A DNA stretch of 44,570 nt from a virus. Taxonomy: Duplodnaviria > Caudoviricetes. The position numbers and the translations under genes were made by a program. Shown here piece after piece: positions 27,069 to 36,576 of this stretch (positions are counted from its first letter, which is position 1; every line of letters begins with the position of its first letter). The stretch spans positions 1-44,570 of IMG/VR virus record IMGVR_UViG_3300028585_000035; one strand, written 5' to 3'. The notes beneath the pieces are model-generated. The model was given only the letters and a program-made list of their open reading frames with translations, did no database searches and had not been told where the DNA came from.

Positions 27069-28322
27069 ATGCTCGTCGTCATTGAACCATTTTCGCTCTA
27101 CCAACGTGGCGACCGCATCACGGATGCTGGCCTGATTGAAGCTGTGTTGACTACAGAGGATGCGCGCAGTGTCATCGTCGTGGGCACTCCCGGCACGGCT
27201 ACGCCGACTCCAGCGCAGCGTACGCTGCTCGAGATTCTGGCCGACTTGGCGGACAACGACCAAGGCGGTGGCTCGGCGCCGAAACCTCAGCTCATTGACG
27301 CGCTCCCTGACGTGGACGGAAATCCACCTGCTGGCTACGAATGGCTCGCTGGGCACGCTCCGCTGCACAACTATTCTTGCTCGGCGCAAGACTCGATGGG
27401 CGGCATGCCGATGCCAAATCCGATTCCATGTGCAACTGGCTTTGCTGGTTCAATGTGGAATGTTGGGAACCCGACGATGCTCGTCATCGCTAATCGTTCT
27501 GCCACTGACCAGACACTCGTACTGAACGTCGCCACGCCTACCGATGCGCAGCAGGTAATGCTGGTCGGTATCGAGCTCCTGTCAGATGTCAGCGCACTCG
27601 TCATCTACAAACAGCAGGCGGCCGACGGTTCCTGGACTCTTAATTCAGGCATCAGCAACGTTGACGGGTCCTTCAGTAACGCAGCGTCTATCGTTCTCGA
27701 GCAGCCCTTTTTGGTGCAGCCTCAGGCAGTAGCAAACCTGAATGGCTATTTTGTCCAGGCATTCCCTGTCGCCGGTTACGTTTTCATCAACATCGTGACT
27801 GGTGCACTCGCCCTGGGCGCTACCTCGGACCAGCCGTTCGGCGTCATCATTGCCTCCGACTCCTCAGGCGTTTATTGCGCCTACGGGAGTGACCCGGTGC
27901 TGTCGTACATCCCTCTGGTCCTTACTGTTGTCGACGATGTACCAACAATTCAGAACGGACTCCCGGTTGCTGTCATGCCTATTCCAGGTGGCTCAGTCGG
28001 CAACCTTTTCTCGCCGTACTTGCCTATCGGTGCAGCCCGTCTCCCAAGCGGCCAGCTCGCGGTTTGCACTCGCGCAGGATTCTTCGAAATCAAAGCGACG
28101 GTCTTGAACGACGACGCCACGGTATCGGTAAAGCAAACGGCCGGTGTCCATCCACTCGTGAAGCTCGACTTCTCAGGTGCGCAAACCGACGTGCAATGGA
28201 TGCGCCACAACGGGCAGAACGGCATGCTGCACACCCTCTCACTCGCCGGCGAAACGGTCATCGACTACACGACGCTCAAGTCGATGTTCATCCGTAAAGC
28301 TCGTCTCATCACCCCTGCCTAA
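27069..28322 (+). CDS. Hypothetical beta-rich virion-region protein
   Basis: 417-aa ORF inside the structural operon. Confidence 0.7.
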   Translation: MLVVIEPFSLYQRGDRITDAGLIEAVLTTEDARSVIVVGTPGTATPTPAQRTLLEILADLADNDQGGGSAPKPQLIDALPDVDGNPPAGYEWLAGHAPLHNYSCSAQDSMGGMPMPNPIPCATGFAGSMWNVGNPTMLVIANRSATDQTLVLNVATPTDAQQVMLVGIELLSDVSALVIYKQQAADGSWTLNSGISNVDGSFSNAASIVLEQPFLVQPQAVANLNGYFVQAFPVAGYVFINIVTGALALGATSDQPFGVIIASDSSGVYCAYGSDPVLSYIPLVLTVVDDVPTIQNGLPVAVMPIPGGSVGNLFSPYLPIGAARLPSGQLAVCTRAGFFEIKATVLNDDATVSVKQTAGVHPLVKLDFSGAQTDVQWMRHNGQNGMLHTLSLAGETVIDYTTLKSMFIRKARLITPA

Positions 28323-28332
28323 GGAGAAGCAG

Positions 28333-28521
28333 ATGTTTGAAATCAAAAAATCACCCTTCGGCTGCGCGGTCTACCTGAACGGAATTTGCCTGCGCATTTG
28401 CCATTCGGAAGAGTCCGCGGCCAAGTTCATCGCGGACGTGCGCACCGGTAGCTATACGCAAGGAACACGTGTCTCGGCAGCAGCTGCAGAGGCAATCGAA
28501 AAATACACCGGAGCCCTCTAA
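28333..28521 (+). CDS. Small hypothetical protein
   Basis: AAGGAG SD before ATG 28333; stop overlaps the sheath start. Confidence 0.55.
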   Translation: MFEIKKSPFGCAVYLNGICLRICHSEESAAKFIADVRTGSYTQGTRVSAAAAEAIEKYTGAL

Positions 28522-30050
28522 TGCCCGTATCTCAAGCCGGCGCGCTGAACCTGACAGCGCTTAACGTACCAAACATCTATGTGCAAATCCAGGAGCCATC
28601 GGTTCAGGCCATCAATGGTCTGCCGACGGGCATTGCAGGCATCGTAGGCTCCGCCTCCTGGGGGCCAAAGAACGCTCCAGTAACCGTCAGCGGCGCCGCC
28701 GACTACGTCAAAGCATTCGGCCCGCTCCTGGACCGCCAGTACGACGCTGGCACCGCGGTCGCCGTAGCCTCGCTGCAGGGTGCGGCTAACTTCCGCGTTG
28801 TCCGCGTGACGGACGGTACCGACACCGCAGCCAGCGTCTCCGTTGGCGACGACGTCTTGCTGTTCGCTGCAAAGCACACTGGCACCTTGGGTAACAAGCT
28901 CAGCGTCGCCCAGAGCGCCGGCAGCCGCGCTGGCACCGTTCGACTCACTGTCAGCCTGCCGGGCTACCTGCCGGAGGTGTTTGACAACATCGAGCCGTCG
29001 GCCGAAGGCAAGCTCGCCGACGCCATGGAAAAGGCTATCAACCAAGGCACCGGCCCGCTCCGTGGTCCGTCTGACCTGGTCGTAGCTTCGACCGCGGCGC
29101 CAGAGGGCGTAGGCTTCGCTGTTGGGACGGTGACGCTGTCCGGTGGCACCGATGGTCAGCCGACCTCACAATCTGCCCTGGTGGGCACCGACATCGGCCA
29201 GCGCACCGGCATGTACGCTCTGCGCGGGACCGGTGCCTCAGTCGTCATGCTGGCAGACGTCACTGATGCCACCACCTTCACCGTCCAGGCAGCTTTTGGC
29301 CAGGCCGAAGGCGCCTACATGATTGGCACTGGCGCTGCCGGCGAGACGCTCGACGCTGCGATTGCTAGCAAAGCTACCGCTGGTATCGACAGCCCCTGGT
29401 TCAAACTGCTGCTGGGCGACTGGTGCTACTACGCCGACCCGGTCAACCAGACCACACGCCTTGTCTCGCCGCAGGGATTTGTCGTGGGCCGACTGGCGAA
29501 TCTGTCGCCGGAGAACTCGTCGCTCAACAAGCAGCTGTACGGCATCGTGGGAACGCAGCGCAGCATGCAGCAGTCGACCTACAGCAATGCTGAACTCTCG
29601 CAGCTCGCTCATGCCGGTATCGACGTCATTACCAACCCAGTTCCGGGCGGTAGCTATTTCGGCGTGCGCATTGGCCACAACACGAGCTCGAACCCGCTGA
29701 TGAATGGCGATAACTACACGCGCATGACGAACTACATCGCGTTCTCGCTCGACAAGGGCCTTGGCCGCTTCGTCGGCAAGCTGCAGACCTCGATTATCCG
29801 TGCGCAGGCCAAAGGCACGCTCACGATGTTCCTGGAGAACATGGAGCAGCAGGGGATGATTGGCAACGTCAACGGCGGCCCGGCATTTAGCGTGCAGCTG
29901 GACGAACGCAACAACCCGATGAGCCGCGTTTCGCTGGGCTACATGCAGGCCGATGTGCGCGTCACGTTCTTGTCTGTGGTCGAAAAGTTCCTCGTTAATC
30001 TGGAAGGCTCGCAGGCTACAGTCGTGCGCACCTCCACCACAAACCAATAA
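28521..30050 (+). CDS. Tail sheath protein
   Basis: VPNIYVQI, GIVGSASWGPKNAPV, LSGGTDG, NNPMSRVSLGYMQADV. Confidence 0.92.
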   Translation: MPVSQAGALNLTALNVPNIYVQIQEPSVQAINGLPTGIAGIVGSASWGPKNAPVTVSGAADYVKAFGPLLDRQYDAGTAVAVASLQGAANFRVVRVTDGTDTAASVSVGDDVLLFAAKHTGTLGNKLSVAQSAGSRAGTVRLTVSLPGYLPEVFDNIEPSAEGKLADAMEKAINQGTGPLRGPSDLVVASTAAPEGVGFAVGTVTLSGGTDGQPTSQSALVGTDIGQRTGMYALRGTGASVVMLADVTDATTFTVQAAFGQAEGAYMIGTGAAGETLDAAIASKATAGIDSPWFKLLLGDWCYYADPVNQTTRLVSPQGFVVGRLANLSPENSSLNKQLYGIVGTQRSMQQSTYSNAELSQLAHAGIDVITNPVPGGSYFGVRIGHNTSSNPLMNGDNYTRMTNYIAFSLDKGLGRFVGKLQTSIIRAQAKGTLTMFLENMEQQGMIGNVNGGPAFSVQLDERNNPMSRVSLGYMQADVRVTFLSVVEKFLVNLEGSQATVVRTSTTNQ

Positions 30051-30062
30051 CAGGAGGCCGCG

Positions 30063-30494
30063 ATGCCCATGAACAACTTCTCCATCGGTAAGGACATCAC
30101 TCTCGTGGTGACGACTCCTGATGGTCAACTGACGCTGCATACCATTACGAAGTTCAGCCCTAAACAGGACACTACTTCGAACAAGGTGAAACTGCTGGAT
30201 GGTCGCATCATCCACCAGCGCTTCCCTGACGGCTGGTCAGGAACCATGGAAATCGAGCGCGCAGACAGCACGCTGGATGACTACATGGCGGCCGTCGAGG
30301 CTGGCTACTACGCGGGCTTCAATGAGCTTCCGTGCTCCATCACCGAAATCATCCAGGAGCCAAATGGCTCGGTGTCGGAATTCCAGTACACCGGTGTGAT
30401 TTTCTCGTTCAGCGGCGTTGGTGACTGGACGGGCGACGCCACTATCAAGCAATCGCTGAACTGGGTGGCTAGCCGCCGTATCAAGCGCTCGTAA
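30063..30494 (+). CDS. Tail tube protein
   Basis: 143 aa, directly after the sheath, beta-rich. Confidence 0.8.
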   Translation: MPMNNFSIGKDITLVVTTPDGQLTLHTITKFSPKQDTTSNKVKLLDGRIIHQRFPDGWSGTMEIERADSTLDDYMAAVEAGYYAGFNELPCSITEIIQEPNGSVSEFQYTGVIFSFSGVGDWTGDATIKQSLNWVASRRIKRS

Positions 30495-30566
30495 GCTAAT
30501 TTGCAGGTCTCGAAGGGGTGGTGCCTATACAGGGCATCACCCCTTTCTTCTTTAAAGAGAACTTCA

Positions 30567-30932
30567 ATGGCAAAAGTAAAAATGAACCCGACTCCTTCGG
30601 AGCAACTCATCTCGCACGCAAACGAAGAAGTTGAAGTGACTTCACCGCGCGGGCGCCGTATTTTGCTGCGTCAACCAGGCCCCCTGGCGCAGTTCGATTT
30701 GATTGAGGCTTTGGGTAGTGAAACCGCCCAAAACTCGGTCTTCATGCATATGGCCTTCCCGCTGCTCTTCATCGGCAAATTGGACGGCGAAATGATGAGC
30801 CGCGTGCGTACCCGCCTGCAGTTCGATGCATTGGTGACCAAAGTCGGCGCTGATTGGGACTTCGTCGCGGAAGAAGTAATGCGCCAGTACAACGGCACTG
30901 AAGCGGAAGCAGAGGCGACCCTAAAAAACTAA
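30567..30932 (+). CDS. Tail assembly chaperone (G)
   Basis: Between tube and tape measure; ends in slippery A AAA AAC TAA. Confidence 0.8.
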   Translation: MAKVKMNPTPSEQLISHANEEVEVTSPRGRRILLRQPGPLAQFDLIEALGSETAQNSVFMHMAFPLLFIGKLDGEMMSRVRTRLQFDALVTKVGADWDFVAEEVMRQYNGTEAEAEATLKN

Positions 30933-31108
30933 TCAAGGACGAGCCCTCGTATGAGTGCTTGTGGCTCGTCCAAAACGGGGTTCCCTTTGACGTTGCGTTC
31001 TCGCTTTCTCCTCTGACGCGCAAGGCTTGGGGAATCAAGTTCCAGATGATGCAGGGGCGGAAGTTCAATGTAAATACCCTGCAATTTGAAGACCCCAAGG
31101 AGGGCTGA
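30923..31108 (+). CDS. -1 frameshift extension of the tail chaperone (GT)
   Basis: Heptamer AAAAAAC at 30923-30929; the -1 frame is open (LIKDEPSYECLWLVQNGVPFDVAFSL...PKEG) to TGA 31106-31108, which overlaps the next ATG. Confidence 0.85.
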   Translation, partial: KKLIKDEPSYECLWLVQNGVPFDVAFSLSPLTRKAWGIKFQMMQGRKFNVNTLQFEDPKEG

Positions 31109-31590
31109 TGCAGTTCACCTCATTCGAAGCATTTGCTCGGCATCTCGCCACTCTCGCAGAGCAACAAGACCGGGCCCTGAAGAAGGGCTTGGTGGTGGCT
31201 GTCCGCGCCATAGAGAAAACTGCCAAGAGTGAGATTGGGTACTACCAGCCCGCCACCGGTCCTTTCTCTGCCTGGCGCAAGCTCGCGCCAAGCACCCAGG
31301 CTGACCGTGTCGCCAAAGGCTTCGCGCCTAACAAGCCGCTGCTGCGCACGGGGAAGTTGAAGGATTCAATTTCCTACCAGGTAGCTGGCCTGCATGCAGC
31401 GGTTGGCAGTACGTCGGATGTGATGGTGGCCCAGGAGCTTGGCACATCCCGTATCCCTGCGCGTGCCGTCCTCGGGCCAGCAGCTCTGCGCAGCATTCCT
31501 GCGGTCAAAGCCGCAATTGGCCACGCTGCAATGCAAGGCATTCTCCCTGCCGGATACGCCGGCGCGGCCAACTATCGCTTCACGGTGTAA
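31108..31590 (+). CDS. Virion morphogenesis/tail completion protein (Mu gpG/HK97 gp10-like)
   Basis: WRKLAPST, PLLRTGKLKDSI, ELGTSRIPARAVLGP. Confidence 0.75.
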   Translation: MQFTSFEAFARHLATLAEQQDRALKKGLVVAVRAIEKTAKSEIGYYQPATGPFSAWRKLAPSTQADRVAKGFAPNKPLLRTGKLKDSISYQVAGLHAAVGSTSDVMVAQELGTSRIPARAVLGPAALRSIPAVKAAIGHAAMQGILPAGYAGAANYRFTV

Positions 31591-31593
31591 CCA

Positions 31594-33450
31594 ATGTTCG
31601 ACGCATACAAAATCGCCATCCATGTCGGACTTGTCAATAATGCCTCATCTGGCCTTACGACCCTTTCTCGCCAGTTCCAAGGCGCGAGTTCGCACGCCCA
31701 GCAATTCAATCGCCAACTCGCCCGCTCCCATGCGCTGATGCAAGCCGGTTCCACGGCTATGGCTGCTGGAAAAGGTTTGTTCCTGGGCGTCGCTGGTGCG
31801 CTGAAAACTGCGACTACGGAGGCTCTGTCTTGGGAAAAGCAAGTCCTCAAGTTCAAGATGTACGGCTTGGGTGATGAGCTCAACGGCCAGGCTATCAAAT
31901 TTGCGCGTGGCATGAACATCATCGGCACGTCCTATTCCGACAACATGCGTCTGATGACCGAAGCCCAGGGCGTGTTCCGCGAGTCAGCGCTCTCGGGTCC
32001 GGCAGCACTGCGCGGCTCAATGTTGGCGGCGCCTATGCTCGCGAAAATTGAAGCAGCGACTGCAGCCATGGAGGAAGGTGCTGGGGCTAAGCACCGAGCC
32101 TCGTCGATGGCGATGTTGCGTTTCGTCGAGATGGAAGGTGGTCTGGCTTCGCCTGAGAAGTTCATGAAGATTGCGAACTCAGGCTGGAAAGCCATCCAGT
32201 CGTCTGGCGGAAACATCGACTGGGAGCAACTGCGTCAGTTCAAAGCCCGTGCTGGCGTCGCAGGTCAAAACCTCAACGACAACGTCCTGTACGGCAAGCT
32301 CGAACCCATCATTGGCGAGCTCAAGGGTTCGACTGCCGGCTTTGCCCTGCGCACGTCGTATAACCGGCTCATGGGCGTCACCCGCCTGCCGAATCAGGTC
32401 GCGCATATGTTGGCGGACAACGGCATTTGGGATAAGAAGAGAATCGAGTGGAATAGCCAGGGAGGCGTCAAGCGCTTCAACGGAAATCCCCTCATGAATT
32501 CTGAGTTGTTTGCTCGAGACCCAATTGAGTTCTACAAGACCAAGGTTCTGCCGATGTACCAGCGCACCGGCGTGCACTCTCAAGAAGAACGGGCGCGCAA
32601 CAACGCTATGATTTTTGGCTCGACCGGCGGCATGCTGTTCAACCTGATTGACCGGCAGATGAAAGTCCTTGAGAAGTCAGAGAAAGCGTGGGAAAAGGCT
32701 CTCGATGTCGATGCTTCGCACAAAGTCACTAGCGAATCCGGCCCAGGCAAATTCAACGACCTTCACAAAAAGTGGAAAGACACGCTCGTCATCTTGGGCG
32801 AAATTGTGCTGCCCGTTGCAATTCGCGGTGTCGAAAAGCTCATCCAGATTCTGAAGCCGATTGGCGAATTCATGGAGAAGAACCCCGCAGTCGTGACCGG
32901 CGTTATCTACGGTCTCATCGGCCTAGCGGGTGCAATGGCCGTAGGGGGGTTGGCAACTAACATCATGGCCCTGATGGGCCTAGTCCGTTTCCTTCGTCTT
33001 TCCGGTCCCGCTCTAGCCGCAGCCCAAGCCATTGGCGGCGTCGGTGCTGGCGCAGCTGGAGCAGGAGCAGCTGGAGCGGGTGCGGCAGGTGCGGCTGCAG
33101 GTGCTGCGGGGTTAGCTAAAGCGGCGCGGGTCGGACTTTACGGCGCTGCTGCCTGGGGTGCGTGGCAAATCGGCAAGACCGGCCTTGCACTCAAAGACCT
33201 ATACGACATCGAGACACGCGAAGGCGTGCAGCTGTCGCAAGGCGCGCGTGCACGTCTAAGCGGCGCCCCTAACGGCAGCTCGATGGCCACAGGTGGAAGC
33301 ATCAACATCAACCTGAACGTCGACGGCAAGAAGATGGCGTCCGTGGTGACCGACCACATGGGCCGTGACCTGTCTCGCCCTACGGCCAGCACATCGCTGC
33401 CAGACTACTCACATAGCATGCCACGGCCATCTGGAGGCTTTTCGAAATGA
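31594..33450 (+). CDS. Tail tape measure protein
   Basis: 618 aa, Ala/Gly-rich helical with hydrophobic segment, C-terminal INLNVDGKKMA. Confidence 0.8.
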   Translation: MFDAYKIAIHVGLVNNASSGLTTLSRQFQGASSHAQQFNRQLARSHALMQAGSTAMAAGKGLFLGVAGALKTATTEALSWEKQVLKFKMYGLGDELNGQAIKFARGMNIIGTSYSDNMRLMTEAQGVFRESALSGPAALRGSMLAAPMLAKIEAATAAMEEGAGAKHRASSMAMLRFVEMEGGLASPEKFMKIANSGWKAIQSSGGNIDWEQLRQFKARAGVAGQNLNDNVLYGKLEPIIGELKGSTAGFALRTSYNRLMGVTRLPNQVAHMLADNGIWDKKRIEWNSQGGVKRFNGNPLMNSELFARDPIEFYKTKVLPMYQRTGVHSQEERARNNAMIFGSTGGMLFNLIDRQMKVLEKSEKAWEKALDVDASHKVTSESGPGKFNDLHKKWKDTLVILGEIVLPVAIRGVEKLIQILKPIGEFMEKNPAVVTGVIYGLIGLAGAMAVGGLATNIMALMGLVRFLRLSGPALAAAQAIGGVGAGAAGAGAAGAGAAGAAAGAAGLAKAARVGLYGAAAWGAWQIGKTGLALKDLYDIETREGVQLSQGARARLSGAPNGSSMATGGSININLNVDGKKMASVVTDHMGRDLSRPTASTSLPDYSHSMPRPSGGFSK

Positions 33451-34442
33451 CCGCATCTAACATCACTCTCACCCTCGGAGATTTCGAGTTCGCCGATGTT
33501 GAAATTCCAGAGAGCATTCAATTCGGTGGCCGTCAGAATTTGGCAGTGCATGACCTTATCGGCGGTGTACGCATCGTGGACTCGATGGGCGCGTTCTCGG
33601 AGCCCCTCCAGTGGTCCGGCATGTTCCGAGGGCCGGAGGCGCTTGCCCGTGCCCGCTACCTGGACGCTAAACGCGCGGAGGGTCGGCAGCTTACCCTAAC
33701 TTGGTCTGAGTTCCGCTACCAGGTCATCATTCGCGAGTTCCGTGCGACGTTCGAGCGCAGCTACCAGCTCCCCTACAGCATCGCACTGGAAGTCGTCCAA
33801 GACGAGGCGCAGCCGCAGACGACACTGGTCCCGAATTCGGTCGATGCGCTTATTGGGTACGACAGCATCACCCTGGAAGACACGATGGCGTCATTGGAGA
33901 CTCTGCCGGCGATTGACGCTGGCCCGGTCACAACCGGCACCCTGGCAAGCGCTTTCGGAACGCTGCAGCAGTCCATTAAGAAAGTGTCAACTTTCGCCAC
34001 AGCGACTCAGTCTCAGCTGAACAGCGTCCTGCAGCCGCTTGCTGCCTTCCGCTCTCAAGTTAAGTCCCTAACGGCGGCTGTCAACAATACGCTAGCCAAT
34101 GCTACGACGCTCGGAGGCGTGCTGCCAAACAACCCAGTTAGCCAGCAGGTGTCACGCCTTAGCAAGCAGGTCGCTGCGGCACAGCAGTATCCCCTGCTGG
34201 CCAAGCTGGACAGCACTGCAGGCCGGATTGGAGTGAATGCCCAGGCTTCTTACAAAACCGACAAGCGCATCACGCTCGCCGGTGGAGACTTGTTCACTGT
34301 AGCAGCCCAGGAGTACGGCGACCCGCTGGCTTGGACTGTGATTGCCAAGGCCAACGGCCTATCTGACCCACATCTCGTGGGTATCAACACCCTTGTGATT
34401 CCGCCTGCTCCTGCAAAGGGCACCGGCGTGCTGGAGTACTAA
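33447..34442 (+). CDS. Tail tube initiator/baseplate protein with C-terminal LysM-like domain
   Basis: GDLFTVAAQEYGDPLAWTVIAKANGL..LVIP. Confidence 0.75.
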   Translation: MTASNITLTLGDFEFADVEIPESIQFGGRQNLAVHDLIGGVRIVDSMGAFSEPLQWSGMFRGPEALARARYLDAKRAEGRQLTLTWSEFRYQVIIREFRATFERSYQLPYSIALEVVQDEAQPQTTLVPNSVDALIGYDSITLEDTMASLETLPAIDAGPVTTGTLASAFGTLQQSIKKVSTFATATQSQLNSVLQPLAAFRSQVKSLTAAVNNTLANATTLGGVLPNNPVSQQVSRLSKQVAAAQQYPLLAKLDSTAGRIGVNAQASYKTDKRITLAGGDLFTVAAQEYGDPLAWTVIAKANGLSDPHLVGINTLVIPPAPAKGTGVLEY

Positions 34443-35566
34443 TGTTGACTGTTAACCACCTTCCTGTCGTTGCGTCCCAACGCCAACCACGTGGCCAAGT
34501 AAAAGTTGGCGGCGTGCTGGTCCATGCGTGGGAGGAGTGGACCGTCGATAACAATAGCTTCTTCGGGGCGGATACCTTTCGCGTCACGCTGGTCGCCAGT
34601 GCCCTCGAACAGACGAATTCGGTGAACTGGTTCTCGCGCCAGAAATCCCTCGAGGTAGAAATCCTGGCGGGCTTCCCTACATCTCCAGCCAACCCGCAGG
34701 ACGCCGAGATGGAAACCCTAATTGTCGGCAATGTCGACGATATGGACTTCAATCCTGCGAGCGGCACTCTCTCACTGTCGGGCCGCGACCTATCAGCACG
34801 TCTAATTGACAACAAGACGGCCCCGGTAGCGTTTCGCAATCAGACCTCGAGCGACGTCGCAGCGGCCCTGGCGAAGAAATACGGGCTGGGCGCCATCATC
34901 ACGCCGACGAAGACGAAGGTTGGAACGTACTGGGACCAAGACCACATCGGCCTGACCGACCAGCGCAGCGAATGGGACGTGCTGACCTATTTGGCCAGCC
35001 AAGAGGGCTTTGTCGCGCTCGTGAAAGGACGCGACCTCATCTTCGGCCCAAGTCCATTCGAAGAGCCGCCAAAATCGTTCTACGTGCTCGAGTGGGACGC
35101 CACCACTGGCCGGCCGAAGTTCAATGGCTCGAACCTATCCCTTAAGCGCACTTTAACAGTCGCAAAGGGCGTATCAGTGACGGCTAGCAGCTTTCAAACG
35201 AAGAACAAGAAATCAATCACGTCGGTCTATCCCCGCAAAACCAAGGGCGTAGGCATTGGCCAGGCGAAGGCTGAGGTGCAAGAGTACAAGCTGCGCCTTC
35301 CGCCGAATAAGTCGGTGCTCGAGGTAGAGAAAGCGGCGAAACGACGTCACGACGAAATCCTGGCGCACGAGCTCACTCTCTCGGCCATGCTGCCGGCAGA
35401 CCATTCGCTAGACATCAAAACCGCTATCAAGGTGCAGGGCACCGGTACAGCGTTTGACCAGACGTACTACCCGGATGCCATCGTTCGCACGATGTCGATG
35501 GAAGCCGGGTATTCGATGGAAGTCCGTGCTAAGAACCGCGCGCCTGAAAATTCACCGACACTGTAA
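34442..35566 (+). CDS. Baseplate hub (P2 gpD/Mu gp44-like)
   Basis: ADTFRVTL, LSGRDLSARLID, SEWDVLTYLA; position. Confidence 0.8.
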   Translation: MLTVNHLPVVASQRQPRGQVKVGGVLVHAWEEWTVDNNSFFGADTFRVTLVASALEQTNSVNWFSRQKSLEVEILAGFPTSPANPQDAEMETLIVGNVDDMDFNPASGTLSLSGRDLSARLIDNKTAPVAFRNQTSSDVAAALAKKYGLGAIITPTKTKVGTYWDQDHIGLTDQRSEWDVLTYLASQEGFVALVKGRDLIFGPSPFEEPPKSFYVLEWDATTGRPKFNGSNLSLKRTLTVAKGVSVTASSFQTKNKKSITSVYPRKTKGVGIGQAKAEVQEYKLRLPPNKSVLEVEKAAKRRHDEILAHELTLSAMLPADHSLDIKTAIKVQGTGTAFDQTYYPDAIVRTMSMEAGYSMEVRAKNRAPENSPTL

Positions 35567-36205
35567 ATGCGAGCCCTACTCCACACCATCTCTGAACAAG
35601 CGCAGCACGCGGCCGACCGCAAGGCCACCAGCACGCCTGGCATCGTCACGTCCTACAACCCAGCGACGTACAGCGTCAAGGTCACGCTGCAGCCCGACGA
35701 AGTCGAAACTGGCTGGCTGCCGCTTTTGTCTCAGCAGGTCGGCAACGGGTTCGGCCTGTACAGCCCACCAAATCCTGGCGACCTGGTGCATGTGCTGTTC
35801 ACCGACGGAGAGATTGAAGCAGGCGTAGTCGTCGGAGCGTACTACAACAACGTCGACGTGCCCCTGGCGGTGCCAGCCGGCGAGGTCTGGCTCGTCCATG
35901 CTTCAGGCGCATTCGTCAAGCTGACTAATGCTGGCGAGCTGCTCGTGCAAGACAAGGCTGGCAGCATCGTGACCCTTCATGGCGACGGCAAAGGAACCCT
36001 GTCGTTCGCTGCGGGCTTGACCATCAACGCCGACACGCAGCTAAACGGCGACCTGCGCGTGTCCGGCAACGTCTCCGACCTCAACACCGGTCACGGCACC
36101 CTGGCTGACCTGCGTACTACCTACAACGCCCACGACCACGCCGTGCAAAACGTCCGCGCGGGTACCGATACGGTCACGTCACAGCCGCCAGCGGAGACAC
36201 TGTAA
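35567..36205 (+). CDS. Baseplate spike (gpV-like)
   Basis: OB-fold ETGWLP...PNPGDLV, beta-helix repeats, C-terminal HxH (YNAHDH). Confidence 0.88.
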   Translation: MRALLHTISEQAQHAADRKATSTPGIVTSYNPATYSVKVTLQPDEVETGWLPLLSQQVGNGFGLYSPPNPGDLVHVLFTDGEIEAGVVVGAYYNNVDVPLAVPAGEVWLVHASGAFVKLTNAGELLVQDKAGSIVTLHGDGKGTLSFAAGLTINADTQLNGDLRVSGNVSDLNTGHGTLADLRTTYNAHDHAVQNVRAGTDTVTSQPPAETL

Positions 36206-36570
36206 TGAACGAAATCTCTCAACTCGTCGGCGCTGACCTGACCCTGTCCGCCAGCGGAGACCTGGCACTGTCCGATGGTCTCCCTCGCAGCCAAGAACGC
36301 ATCCTTCGCCGCCTTATGACTAACCCGGGCGACTACGTCTTCCATCCCGAGTACGGCGCCGGCCTTCCCCAGTTCATCGGGCGGCCGCTGTCGGTCGCGG
36401 AGGCTCGCGCAGTCATCCGGACTCAAATGCTGCTCGAAGAGGGCGTGGCGCGGGCTCCAGAGCCTCAGGTAGCGGTTGTCGCTATACCTGACGGCCTCAG
36501 TGTTTCGATTACGTACACGGACGCTAGGAGCAACGCCCCAGCTGCGTTGTCGTTCAACGTTACGAACTAA
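36205..36570 (+). CDS. Baseplate wedge gp25/gpW-like protein
   Basis: RRLMTNPGDYVFHPEYGAGL. Confidence 0.85.
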   Translation: MNEISQLVGADLTLSASGDLALSDGLPRSQERILRRLMTNPGDYVFHPEYGAGLPQFIGRPLSVAEARAVIRTQMLLEEGVARAPEPQVAVVAIPDGLSVSITYTDARSNAPAALSFNVTN

Positions 36571-36576
36571 TCGACA

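Noticed and set aside
33030-33120. GCAGCTGGA-type tandem repeat in the tape measure gene
   Set aside because: Encodes a low-complexity GAAGA linker; ordinary
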